Positions 9,721 to 18,704 of a DNA stretch of 32,000 bases are shown piece by piece. The notes under the pieces are model-generated. The model worked only from the letters and a program-made list of their open reading frames with translations, made no database searches and was not told where the DNA came from. Source of the stretch: Trueperaceae bacterium (GTDB lineage Bacteria; Deinococcota; Deinococci; Deinococcales; Trueperaceae); contig CBDCDZ010000004.1 in the NCBI GenBank assembly GCA_965215565.1, positions 3,655,185 to 3,687,184 on the forward strand, given 5' to 3'. Made by a program: the position numbers and the translations under genes. Within the stretch, counting starts at the first letter, position 1; each line of letters begins with the position of its first letter.

Positions 9721-9761
9721 ATACCTAGGCGCTCCGCAAGCAAAGCGGAGCGCCTAGGTAT
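9721..9761 (-). terminator. Perfect hairpin (17-bp stem, 7-nt loop) just downstream of the minus-strand lipoprotein gene
   Basis: atacctaggcgctccgc - aagcaaa - gcggagcgcctaggtat. Confidence 0.75.
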
Positions 9762-9764
9762 TTA

Positions 9765-10823
9765 CTATTGGAAGTTGAAAGAATCAGAGGTATTACAGGT
9801 GCCGGTTCTACCTCTATCCGACGCCGTGTGAGTCGTCGACTCCGAGCCGGACACTTCGATGTTCAAGCCTGCAACCCAGTAAGGGATTCTAGGCAGCGCC
9901 GAACCGTAGCGGCTGCTGGTGTAAGTGCCTGTCCGACTGCCCACCTCTTTAACAACGGTTCCTGAAACTGTAACGTTTTTCCGAACGCTGAGGCTCAAGT
10001 CTCCTTTGTTGGGCGTGTATATCCGACCCACATTTCCGGTTCCGGCGAATAAGCCGTATACCGAGGGGTTTCCTGGTAACTTGATCCAGGTGAATTTTGC
10101 CGCGCCGCTTGCGCCCACAACACGTCTGGCCCGGAGCCGTTTTTTGTAGTAGGTATCTACGCAGCTATCGGCGGCTAGCTCAGCTTTGGGGATCAGATAT
10201 TCTTTGATGAAGGAAATCAACCCTTGCGACTCCAAAACCGACGTACTCTCTACTGCGGCTGTAGAGCGCTCGATAGGGCTGTAGGCGACACCTAAATCCC
10301 TATTTGCCTGGGTGCTGAGAGACTCAGGCGTAGCAACAGCGCTCAGGTCGACCTGGGATAGAGAATCGACTGGGATAGCAACAATGTTATCGTCAGTGAC
10401 AAGGTAAACGATGTCCGCGATCTGTACTAGACCCTTCTCGTTTAGAATACTTTGAAGGTAAGGGTCGTGAATGATGGTCCGGGGTAAGAGGTCTTGATCA
10501 GCGAGAGATTCACGCTCCTCTGCACTGAGTTGAGCGAAATCCTCCTCCATAGAGAGGTTTTGCTGCTCAATTGTGTGTCTTTCCGAAGTGTAGCCCATGC
10601 GTTGCTCGAGACTATTCAAGAACGCTTCATCCTGATTGATGAGGCTACCCCAATAGGTTGCGAAGGCGTCGAAATCCGGAAATGTAAGGCGACCGTCGAC
10701 AAGCGACGCTTGAGCGGCAGAGTCGTATTCCTCTGGGGTTTGTACTGAGTTTTGCGTACCACACGCAGTTAAACCCACTGTTACAGACAGTAGTGCGACT
10801 AGTAGTAAGGATGTGCTTTTCAT
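9765..10823 (-). CDS. Predicted secreted lipoprotein of unknown function
   Basis: Restarting at the internal Met gives MKSTSLLLVALLSVTVGLTACG, a signal peptide with a lipobox; the remainder has no recognised motif. Confidence 0.75.
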   Translation of the reverse strand: MKSTSLLLVALLSVTVGLTACGTQNSVQTPEEYDSAAQASLVDGRLTFPDFDAFATYWGSLINQDEAFLNSLEQRMGYTSERHTIEQQNLSMEEDFAQLSAEERESLADQDLLPRTIIHDPYLQSILNEKGLVQIADIVYLVTDDNIVAIPVDSLSQVDLSAVATPESLSTQANRDLGVAYSPIERSTAAVESTSVLESQGLISFIKEYLIPKAELAADSCVDTYYKKRLRARRVVGASGAAKFTWIKLPGNPSVYGLFAGTGNVGRIYTPNKGDLSLSVRKNVTVSGTVVKEVGSRTGTYTSSRYGSALPRIPYWVAGLNIEVSGSESTTHTASDRGRTGTCNTSDSFNFQ

Positions 10824-11262
10824 AATTATCTCCTGTTTGAAAGAACTCGGGTCAGTCAAAGCTGAATCCAACAGACGGGACTTTGGAAACTCAGGGGTGT
10901 GAGTGCCGAATGTTAGATACTCGAACGAATCATGCTTACGGTGCTAAACGTAGCGTTGCTCCAGGCGCTTTGCAGCAAGGTGTCGAAATTTAGGTAGGAT
11001 GTGCCCGCTCTACCTATGCAGCTATGTACCGTGAAGAAAGCTTCCCTGCACCTACCTCCCTTTCTTTAGATTTAGGCTGTAAGCGTTACTAGTAACTTCA
11101 GCGATCAGTTGATCCACTAACAACCTTGACCTAAATCAAAAGCCTTCGAGGGTTCCCGGACGGAGCCACAAATCCTGGAACCTATTTGGAACCAAATACA
11201 AGTAAGGCTGTAGGCAACTTCGTTGAACTTGCGAAGCCGACAAGTAAGAAAGGATGACGACC

Positions 11263-11535
11263 ATGAAATATTTGCGCTTAGTTTGTCTTGGTATCCTCTT
11301 ATTAGGGTTTGGTGCACAGGTCTACGCCGAGCCAGCGCCCCCTTCGCAGGCTCAACACGAGAGCGAAGCGAGCGAGCATACCGACGCCGAAGACGCTTCT
11401 GGGCAGCATGAAGGTGGCTCGGACGAATCTACCGACCCTGAAGACCCAGGTGACTCAGTGGGGATGCCCTGTCCTTCAGGGGTCTGTGACAATAACGGGG
11501 GTGGCGCACGTAATCCGGTCGCTGCCGACCCGTGA
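11263..11535 (+). CDS. Small exported Asp/Glu/Ser-rich protein with a Cys/Gly C-terminus
   Basis: MKYLRLVCLGILLLGFGAQVYA signal peptide with A-x-A cleavage site, acidic linker, then MPCPSGVCDNNGGGARNPVAADP. Confidence 0.55.
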   Translation: MKYLRLVCLGILLLGFGAQVYAEPAPPSQAQHESEASEHTDAEDASGQHEGGSDESTDPEDPGDSVGMPCPSGVCDNNGGGARNPVAADP

Positions 11536-11597
11536 GCCTCAATTCAGTCCGCAGTTGAGGCGAAGCAGGACGAACCGAGCGCCCAGGCTGGCTTCTT

Positions 11598-11786
11598 ATG
11601 AACACGGTCGGAAAAGCGACGCCGGACGAGCAGGTTACCGAGCAGAGCACTGAGGACGAAGGACACGACGATTCCAAACAAATTCTGAAAGACCTCGAGA
11701 TTGAGAAAGCTAAGGCGAGGGTGAAGGTTGCAGACGTCACCCTCGCCGCTTTAATCAGGCGACAACGCGAGAAAGATGAACCGTAG
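11598..11786 (+). CDS. Short charged hypothetical ORF
   Basis: Open frame MNTVGKATPDEQVTEQ...RREKDEP downstream of the small exported protein; weak evidence. Confidence 0.3.
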   Translation: MNTVGKATPDEQVTEQSTEDEGHDDSKQILKDLEIEKAKARVKVADVTLAALIRRQREKDEP

Positions 11787-11791
11787 GTGCG

Positions 11792-14302
11792 CTAAAGAGC
11801 TAACTCGGCTCTCAACTGCTGAATGCGGCTCAACACAATAGGGGTGCGCGGGTCGCTGGGCGACAGACGTTCCGGCAGCGTCTCCCACAACGCCAAATCG
11901 TCCACCATGACGGTCGAGAGATAGTATTGCGCCTCGAGGTCTCCTGTAGACATTACGGCCTCTCTCAGGGCGCGTTCGAGGAAACCCTGCTCCTCGATGA
12001 GCCGTGGCGACTCCGCTGCCGCCAACAAAGGACCACGGTAAAGCTCTATCGCCTCGGAAATGTCGCCGCGCTTCAAGTGTGAGAGGAGCGCATTGAAATC
12101 GGCCTCGACTTGCCCGCTCAGGCGGTAGGGACGTGTCGAAATCGGAACGTGTTCGCGGAGCCGCGCAAGCAGGGATTTGATACTCGCCGCCGCTGCGTCC
12201 TCGCCGTATAAGTAAGAGGCCAAGCGCTGTCCGCTCAGACCCTCCGGGTAGAGTGCGAGCAGGGCGAGCACCTCGAGTTGGCGGGTGGACAAGGTGAGTA
12301 TTTGACCATCGAGCCGGACTTGCGGCGGTCCGAGGAAGGTCAGCTCGAGGTGCGCCTTACCCTGCTGCGTCCCGGCAACGACCTTCTGAAAGATCGTTGC
12401 GGGACCGACGAGGTAACGCTCGCCGCTCGTGCCGAGCGCACTGAGGTAAGGCTGCACGTCTTCCATCACACGGTGCGCCGTCACCGTGTCGCCGCGCTCG
12501 ACGTAGGTGAAGGCCAAATAGCTACAAGCGCGGGCATAATGTACGGCTTGAATAGGCGACTTGTAATGGTCCACCGTCCGCTGTAGGTAAGGCTCTGCCG
12601 CTGCTGCGTCGCTCAGAGAAAGTGCCATACCGAGGCTGAGGTCGGCTGCCGCGCGGTCTGTGGCAAGGTGCTGTGCGCGTTGCGCCCACTCCAGCGCAGC
12701 TTCGTGCTTGCCGAGTTCGAGCAGTGTACGCACGAGGTTGATGGCGTTCTCGCCGAACTGCGCCCTGTCCAAAGATTGCGCGTTGGCTTCGTAGTAGGGC
12801 AAGGCCCGGTCTGCCTGACCTTGCGACAACCAATAGTCACCCAAGGTCGAGCGGACTAGGGCCGCGAGCCCCGGCACGCTGGAGGCGAGATGGGCCTCTG
12901 CCTCTTCGAGCAGTGTTTCGAGTCCTGCCGTTTTACCCGTTAAAATACGCCCGAACGCCCACTCGTTGGCAGTGACCAACCACCGATAGGTATTTTTCAA
13001 ATCGTGCTTATCGAACAGCTCCAACGCCCACCCCGCCCAGGTCGTCCCCACATCGTAGCGGCCGACTAAAATGTAAGTCGCAGCGAGCGACCAAGCGTTT
13101 CTGACCACAGCGTACCCGTCCTCTTCCGCCTCGGCTTGCTCGACTGCCTCGTGCAAAACCTCGATGGCTCGTTCGGGCGCGTCGTAGTTCAAGGCCAGAC
13201 CATACTCGTAAAGCGTAAAGGAGGTCCGTGCGAGCGCGACCGCACGTTCCGCCTGTGTAAGGTGGGTGTCGCCGCCACTCAAGGGTGCGTAGAACGCACG
13301 CAAACGAGGGGCATCGTGGTGCTGGAGAAAAGTCTCGATACGCGCCAGAAGGGGTGCGACTTGACCGACACGTCGCGCCGCGACCAGGAGCCAAAACAGC
13401 ACGGCTTCGTTCTCTTGGTGCGTTTCGTCTAGCTGATTCAAGTGGCGCCACAACTGCCGATAGAGCCCCTGCGCTAAAAAGTAATTGCCGGACGCCTCGA
13501 GGATGGTGGGCACTTGCTCCGGTTTGAAGCGCACCGACAATTCCAATGCTTCAGACCATCGTTCCGTGTAGAGAAGGCTGGTGAGCACCTCACCGATGCT
13601 CGCTTCCTCCTCGAAGCCTTGTACGTACCAGTAGCCCTTCGCCGTCGGACGTAACGGAACGGGTCCGCCGTAGTGCTGATGGAGGAGCGCGAGAAAAGGC
13701 TCGAGCGCGCTGCGGCTTTCGGCCAGTAGGTCTGCGAGTACTGCGTCCGGAAGATCGGGGCTCAACTCACGTGCGTCGCCTAGCGACAAGGTGAGGGCGT
13801 CGCGGTCGAGGACGAGGCTGTTCGGGTAGGACAGCGGCAGCGCCTCATCGCTCGTCAAGATTAGGGAAGCCGTGCCGAGCGTGTTGCCTACGTCGGCGAC
13901 GAATTGGGGGTAGAGGTCGGCGTAGGAGATCGCGATCTGGAAGGGGTCGAGGGCGTCGCGGCAGCGTTGCAGGACCGATAGCCCGTAGGGGTAGGGCATA
14001 CCGTGCTGGAGGAGCGGACGACCGAGTGCACGGGTGAGCGCGTCGGCGAGACGGTTACCCAAGTAGACGGGGTCGCCCTGATCGTCCGGCTCCAAACTGA
14101 GCCAGGCGAGAGGTCGGTCCTCGGTCGGTAGACGATGGATGATCTGATGACTGCCCCAGGCCGGGTCGCCGGTAAATAAAACGGGCCCCTCGTGGTGCCG
14201 GATGCGCTCGGTATAGCGCGTGAGCCATGTGCTGTCGGCAAGGCGACCTAGAGTGACTGGCGCGGCGGATTCCCCTTGTCCGTACGAGTGTCTGCTATCC
14301 AT
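11792..14302 (-). CDS. Large MalT/SARP-like transcriptional regulator (degenerate NTPase-like N-terminus, TPR-type repeats, C-terminal winged-helix)
   Basis: C-terminus LELTFLGPPQVRLDGQILTLSTRQLEVLALLALYPEGLSGQRLASYLYGEDAAAASIKSLLARLREHV is a typical Trans_reg_C/BTAD-associated wHTH. The middle is TPR-like. Start placed at the internal ATG (MDSRHSYGQG) rather than the 14479 start next to the IS. Confidence 0.8.
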   Translation of the reverse strand: MDSRHSYGQGESAAPVTLGRLADSTWLTRYTERIRHHEGPVLFTGDPAWGSHQIIHRLPTEDRPLAWLSLEPDDQGDPVYLGNRLADALTRALGRPLLQHGMPYPYGLSVLQRCRDALDPFQIAISYADLYPQFVADVGNTLGTASLILTSDEALPLSYPNSLVLDRDALTLSLGDARELSPDLPDAVLADLLAESRSALEPFLALLHQHYGGPVPLRPTAKGYWYVQGFEEEASIGEVLTSLLYTERWSEALELSVRFKPEQVPTILEASGNYFLAQGLYRQLWRHLNQLDETHQENEAVLFWLLVAARRVGQVAPLLARIETFLQHHDAPRLRAFYAPLSGGDTHLTQAERAVALARTSFTLYEYGLALNYDAPERAIEVLHEAVEQAEAEEDGYAVVRNAWSLAATYILVGRYDVGTTWAGWALELFDKHDLKNTYRWLVTANEWAFGRILTGKTAGLETLLEEAEAHLASSVPGLAALVRSTLGDYWLSQGQADRALPYYEANAQSLDRAQFGENAINLVRTLLELGKHEAALEWAQRAQHLATDRAAADLSLGMALSLSDAAAAEPYLQRTVDHYKSPIQAVHYARACSYLAFTYVERGDTVTAHRVMEDVQPYLSALGTSGERYLVGPATIFQKVVAGTQQGKAHLELTFLGPPQVRLDGQILTLSTRQLEVLALLALYPEGLSGQRLASYLYGEDAAAASIKSLLARLREHVPISTRPYRLSGQVEADFNALLSHLKRGDISEAIELYRGPLLAAAESPRLIEEQGFLERALREAVMSTGDLEAQYYLSTVMVDDLALWETLPERLSPSDPRTPIVLSRIQQLRAELAL

Positions 14303-14488
14303 ACATTCCCCCAAAGACCGTGCTAGAGCACATGAGTACATGGAAGATACGAGGCTTGCCCTGAATTTCATCTGACTGCAAGCCTGTGGAGGCTGCTTCA
14401 TACGTCTGAAAAAGTATGTTGCGGTTCGCAACAGGTGGACGCAGACACCTGGGCTTGGTCTAAAACCTTGGACACTCAAAGTATACAG

Positions 14489-15362
14489 CTAAGCGGCTAG
14501 GCTCACCTCCTGAGTCTCTTTTCGCTGCTGGGATAGTTCAAAGGTGTCAGGCGTCTCATAGCCGAGCGAGCTGTGCAGCCGCTCGCGGTTGTAGTAGACC
14601 TCGATATATTCGAACACCGCGACGCGGGCGTCATCGCGTGTGGCAAAGCGCTCAATGGGATAAACGAGTTCGCGTTTTAGTGTCGCCCAAAAGCTTTCAA
14701 TGATGGCATTGTCGAAGCAGGCTCCTTTGCCTGTAAAGCTCGGCAGCATCTTGTGCGCTTCGAGTTCGCGCTGATAAGCGTAGGAGGTGTATTGAGAACC
14801 CCTGTCGCCTAGGTGAAGGCTAAGAGCCTTTGAGCTTCGCTCTAACCTTGTGATGAATCAAACCGGGCTGGGGCTTGCGCCGCGTCGTGGCTGAGCATAG
14901 GGCTTGCAGCACGAGGTCAGTCTTCATATTGTCACTCATGGCGTAGCCCACAACGCGCTTAGAGAAGCCGTCAATGACGCCCGCTAGATAAAGCCAGCCC
15001 TCGGCGGTCGGCAGATAGGTAATGTCAACATGCCATACCTGATTGATCGCTGTTGGGCGTGGTTGTTCCAGCAACAGGTTCTGGGTCTCGAGATCACAGC
15101 GCTCATACTTAGTGCGGTGTTTCTTGTGACTCACAGCGTAGAGCCCTTCACGACGCATAAGACGTTTGACTCTGCCTAGCGAACACGAAACCTGCTGCTT
15201 CTTGAGTTCGGCGTGGACACGGGGGCTGCCATATCTGCCCTTATTCTTCTCGAATACCGCTTTGATCTTCTCCAACAGCTCGGCGTTGCGCTTTTCGCAT
15301 TTGCTCGGCTCCCGCTGCTGACGAGCCCGCCAGTGATAGTAGCTGCTCCTAGCCACGCCCAA
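14489..15362 (-). pseudogene. IS3-family transposase OrfB, disrupted by a small (~37-40 bp) insertion in the catalytic region
   Basis: N-terminal part 14820..15362 (RYGSPRVHAEL, WHVDITYLPT, GLIHH) and C-terminal part 14489..14749 (GACFDNAIIESFWATLKREL, YNRERLHSSLGYETP) are in different frames. Confidence 0.9.
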
Positions 15363-15421
15363 GACCTTGCACAGCGCCGAGACGGAGAACTCGCTCTGGT
15401 GCGCCTCGATGAACGCGCACT

Positions 15422-15745
15422 TTAGGTTGTCTGTTTCGCAAAGTAAATGGCGGCCTTTTTTACGATCGCCAACTCTGTTTCAAGTCGCTTCACCTCCGCC
15501 TGGAGCCGTTTCAGTTCGGCTTCGTCAGCGGTCGGTTGTGCTCTTTTATGACCCATCACGAGTCGTCCCTCGCGGTATTGTCTACGCCACTTATGGATGT
15601 TCGACTCAGCAATACCCAAGCTCCGTGCCGCCTCGGTGATGCCGTAGCCCTTTTTCTCTACCAGTTCCACCGCATCGATCTTAAACTCCATTGGATACTG
15701 CCGAACCACCCTCTTGCCTTCTGCCATCGTCTTCCTCCTTAGCAA
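15422..15745 (-). CDS. IS3-family transposase OrfA (HTH_Tnp_1)
   Basis: KRVVRQYPMEFKIDAVELVEKKGYGITEAARSLGIAESNIHKWRRQYRE and leucine-zipper-like LKRLQAEVKRLETELAIVKKA. Confidence 0.95.
   Translation of the reverse strand: MLRRKTMAEGKRVVRQYPMEFKIDAVELVEKKGYGITEAARSLGIAESNIHKWRRQYREGRLVMGHKRAQPTADEAELKRLQAEVKRLETELAIVKKAAIYFAKQTT
15455..15461 (-). promoter_or_regulatory. Probable programmed -1 frameshift slippery site A6G for OrfAB
   Basis: Minus strand reads gtAAAAAAGgcgg near the end of orfA; a -1 shift moves exactly into the OrfB frame. Confidence 0.75.
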
Positions 15746-15783
15746 AGTCTATTCCTACTAACTTTGTCCAAGGTAGTGGGCCA

Positions 15784-16080
15784 ATGCCAACCTTAGCAAG
15801 CGAAGGTGCTCGAGGAATAGTACGTAAAATCACAAAGAGATGTACTTTAACGTTTGATGAACGCTCAACGGGAGTTGACGAGGAGAGGCTGCGAAAGCGA
15901 ACACTCGCCCGTTCGTTGTCTGGATTGAAGGGGGTCGAGGCTCTCCTCGACGACGCTTTCAAAGCGCTCTATCCGGACACACTTTTCCTTCGTAAAGACG
16001 AATTTTGCGGAGGTTGCCCGGAGACGAAATCGCTCAACGCCAACCCTTTAGCGACCACTGAGAAAGCCGCCAGGTCTTGA
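15784..16080 (+). pseudogene. Remnant of an uncharacterised ORF cut by the IS3 element
   Basis: Frame runs in from the IS end (VQGSGPMPTLASEGARGIVRKITKRCTLTFDERSTGVDEERLRKR...GGCPETKSL...); no independent start signal seen. Confidence 0.35.
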
Positions 16081-16100
16081 ACCGATCCGACGGCTTTCTC
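16060..16100 (+). terminator. Possible terminator hairpin
   Basis: gagaaagccg ... cggctttctc at 16060-16069 / 16091-16100, overlapping the end of the preceding remnant ORF. Confidence 0.5.
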
Positions 16101-16396
16101 TCGTTGTAGTTCCCCCGGCGGAGCACTCTTATTTTAACGCCGTCGTCATATCGAGAACAGGTGTGTACGGACTAGCTAATTCGGGGTTGGAGAACCTACA
16201 AAGAAAAAGCTCGAGGGGACCTCCAACCGGGGGGCGGGATGTAGAAGGTACGGTCCTCGAGACTTTCCTCAGCCTAGCCGCTCTCGGTCCCTCCGAATGA
16301 GCCATTGCGTTACCGAACGTCACTGTGAAAAGGTTCACTCTTTCCGCCGAGGTGTAACAAATAATCGGAGTAGAGCACAGATTTACTTGCTTTCAC

Positions 16397-16690
16397 ATGT
16401 CTATAATTGTAAACAAAAGTATGATGCTAAAGGTGAAAAAGTCGAGTAAGCGCACCTCTTACGAACGGGCATTCTTTCGAGCAGTAGGTGCACGCATAGA
16501 GCTGTTCAGGTTGCGGCGCGGGCTGAGCTTGGAGGAAGTTGCTGCCCATACAGTGCATCCGCCCGAGTGGCTGAAGGGGCTCGAGGCGGGAGTGGAGGAA
16601 CCGAGGCTCGACGACCTATTCGGCATCGCCAAGGCGTTAGGCACCGACCCCAGCGAACTCGTGAGGGTGGAGCCGAAGGTGTTTTCTTGA
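16397..16690 (+). CDS. XRE-family HTH regulator
   Basis: IELFRLRRGLSLEEVAAHTVHPPEWLKGLEAGVEEPRLDDLFGIAKALGTDPSELV. Confidence 0.8.
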   Translation: MSIIVNKSMMLKVKKSSKRTSYERAFFRAVGARIELFRLRRGLSLEEVAAHTVHPPEWLKGLEAGVEEPRLDDLFGIAKALGTDPSELVRVEPKVFS

Positions 16691-16740
16691 TACGGTCAGC
16701 TCTCACGGCAGCATAGGGGAACGTGTGACACGATGAGGGC

Positions 16741-16980
16741 ATGTCAGGACGCCGCAAGGACCCGGAATACCAGGCTTACAACCGCAAGGTCGGGGAGAGG
16801 ATCAAGGAGCTGAGGCGGGATAAGAACCTCTCTCAGGAGGAGTTTGCTGCCGAGGTCGGACTCAGCCGCTCGTACCTGAGTTTGCTGGAGACGGCTAAGC
16901 AGGACCCGTCGCTCTCGACGCTCTTTAGGGTGGCGAAGGTTTTGGGGTTGAGTGTGAGTGAGTTGCTCGAGGTGGAGTAG
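16741..16980 (+). CDS. XRE-family HTH regulator (second, adjacent)
   Basis: VGERIKELRRDKNLSQEEFAAEVGLSRSYLSLLETAKQDPSLSTLFRVAKVLGLSVSELL. Confidence 0.92.
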   Translation: MSGRRKDPEYQAYNRKVGERIKELRRDKNLSQEEFAAEVGLSRSYLSLLETAKQDPSLSTLFRVAKVLGLSVSELLEVE

Positions 16981-16996
16981 CGTCACCAGAAACTCT

Positions 16997-18664
16997 TCAG
17001 TAATCTATATTCATAGCTGCACTATCGGCGATTTCGTCTGCTGCTAAAGATAGAGCGTGCCTAAGTGCTTCCTGATTTTCATTCTTGAGCAAGCTGAATC
17101 GCGATTGACTCTGTTCGGGCAAGAGGGTTACGCCCGCCTTTTGAAGAAGTCCTCTATACGCAGGATTAGCCACGAATCCTATCATGTTGGAATAATCGTG
17201 CTTATACTTTTCTATGAAATACATAAGCCTTTCGTAAACCCGCGCTTGAGCTGTTTTATCGCGTTTAGATAAGAGGAAGTCGTAATTCAAAACAGCGGGC
17301 TCTTTCACGTAACGCAGAGGAACAGGTCCGTAAAGCCCGGATAAGAAAACAATGTCGATATCGTTCTCTAGTCCCTGTAAACTTTTCACGACTCGCTTAT
17401 ATGACGATGAGTCGGTGTACGGTTTAGCCTGAGAACAGGTGAGAATTAGACAGATAGGTTTCTTGGCCTTAAAACGCCTTTTACGTATATCGAAGGCAGT
17501 AGGGTCATTTCTGACTGGCTTCACCTCCACTGCTTCCGGTAGAGGCTCGCCCTCAAGCAAGGCGCGGAGCTGGGCTCTTGGACGAGCTAGTTCAACGAGA
17601 TAGTCTTCCAGTACGCCTTTCTCCCGAGCAGCAATTGCCTTATCAAGGATTTGCATATCCATTTCAAGATTGTGAAGTGCAGTCGCAGCATAAACGACAC
17701 TCTTACGTCCCCGCTTAACCTCACCTTTTTTGGCTCGCATTACGAAAACATCTTCATGCACATCGCGCGAGTAGCAGACTTGACATGTACATGGATAGGA
17801 CAAAAGTTCCCAAAGACGTCGTTCTTTGTAATTGGGGGTGATGTATTTAAGTGAGCGAGCTTTCTGAATATAACCACTAGTGTCGAAAGTAGTCGCCCCT
17901 GCATGTAAGAGGAAAGGGACGAGAAGTCCGGTGACACCAAAAACATGCATCGGTAACTCTCCTGCAGCGCCACGTACAGCGCGGACATAACGGACGATCT
18001 CCTGCTGTCTCCCCGCCTTTCTTAACGGAACTATGGAACCTAGCCCTACCCCGTGAACGATCTGCATGAGATTTTCCTTGTCGAGACGTTCAAGCACCTC
18101 CTGCGTGAAGATGGCAGCTTGCTCGGGTGTATTCCCGTGAACAGGAACTACAAGATTTATATCTTTATCCGGTCTCTCAGAAAGAATTCTTGCGCAGTAA
18201 AGTGCATTTTGAAGTGTCTTGTTCAGTCGGTTACGCGACTCTTCTTCAGTTAATCCAGGCGGTATCGGGTAATCTAAAGACACAATCCTCGAAGCGCCTA
18301 AAGCTAGCTGGAGTTCGAGAATCTTTTCCTGCATGTTATGTTCAAAGAAGCCGTAGCGATCCAATCCAGCGGGTGGACCCTGCATGAACACGTAACCACC
18401 TGAGTCAGCTAAAATGTGTGCATGATAATCTAAGTCGAAATTGCCATTGTAGTGTTTACGCAGAGGTTTAGACAGCCACATCTCGAGTTGTTTTGGTAGT
18501 ATGGCACCGTAGTTCAAAAAGTGTAGTGCTTGAACCATCACGGGTATATTACGCCTCAATAAACCTTGTTCCATGCCATGCAAGAGTTGCTTATACATGC
18601 CGCCGCCGTTTGGCGTTGTACCTGTCATCATAGCCGTAACTGGGTATAGGATAGAATTGTGCAC
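16997..18664 (-). CDS. dpdA: TGT-paralog, probable DNA deazaguanine (preQ0) transglycosylase (DpdA-like) with extra C-terminal domain
   Basis: HILADSGGYVFMQG (TGT DSGG), IVSLDYP, NLVVPVHGNTPE, IVHGVGLGSIVPLR, HVFGVTG, TFDTSGYIQKARS, zinc-site-like CTCQVC; neighbours PLD, helicase, yhhQ and queC match the Dpd context. Confidence 0.85.
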   Translation of the reverse strand: MHNSILYPVTAMMTGTTPNGGGMYKQLLHGMEQGLLRRNIPVMVQALHFLNYGAILPKQLEMWLSKPLRKHYNGNFDLDYHAHILADSGGYVFMQGPPAGLDRYGFFEHNMQEKILELQLALGASRIVSLDYPIPPGLTEEESRNRLNKTLQNALYCARILSERPDKDINLVVPVHGNTPEQAAIFTQEVLERLDKENLMQIVHGVGLGSIVPLRKAGRQQEIVRYVRAVRGAAGELPMHVFGVTGLLVPFLLHAGATTFDTSGYIQKARSLKYITPNYKERRLWELLSYPCTCQVCYSRDVHEDVFVMRAKKGEVKRGRKSVVYAATALHNLEMDMQILDKAIAAREKGVLEDYLVELARPRAQLRALLEGEPLPEAVEVKPVRNDPTAFDIRKRRFKAKKPICLILTCSQAKPYTDSSSYKRVVKSLQGLENDIDIVFLSGLYGPVPLRYVKEPAVLNYDFLLSKRDKTAQARVYERLMYFIEKYKHDYSNMIGFVANPAYRGLLQKAGVTLLPEQSQSRFSLLKNENQEALRHALSLAADEIADSAAMNIDY

Positions 18665-18704
18665 AGGAAGACCTTACCGTACGAAGAGCGATAAAGCAAG
18701 ACCT

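Larger units (their letters stand above)
14466..15773 (-). mobile_element. IS3-family insertion sequence
   Basis: OrfA and OrfB of IS3 type plus short terminal inverted repeats: left 'accttggaca', right 'tgtccaaggt'. Exact ends and target duplication uncertain. Confidence 0.88.

Noticed and set aside
12278-14241. ORFs 12278..12586, 12522..12833, 13008..13451, 13888..14241 and similar
   Set aside because: All overlap the long regulator ORF, whose sequence has coherent TPR/wHTH features.
15213-15742. Plus-strand ORFs over the IS element (15213..15425, 15367..15639, 15536..15742)
   Set aside because: Antisense to clear IS3 orfA/orfB coding sequence.
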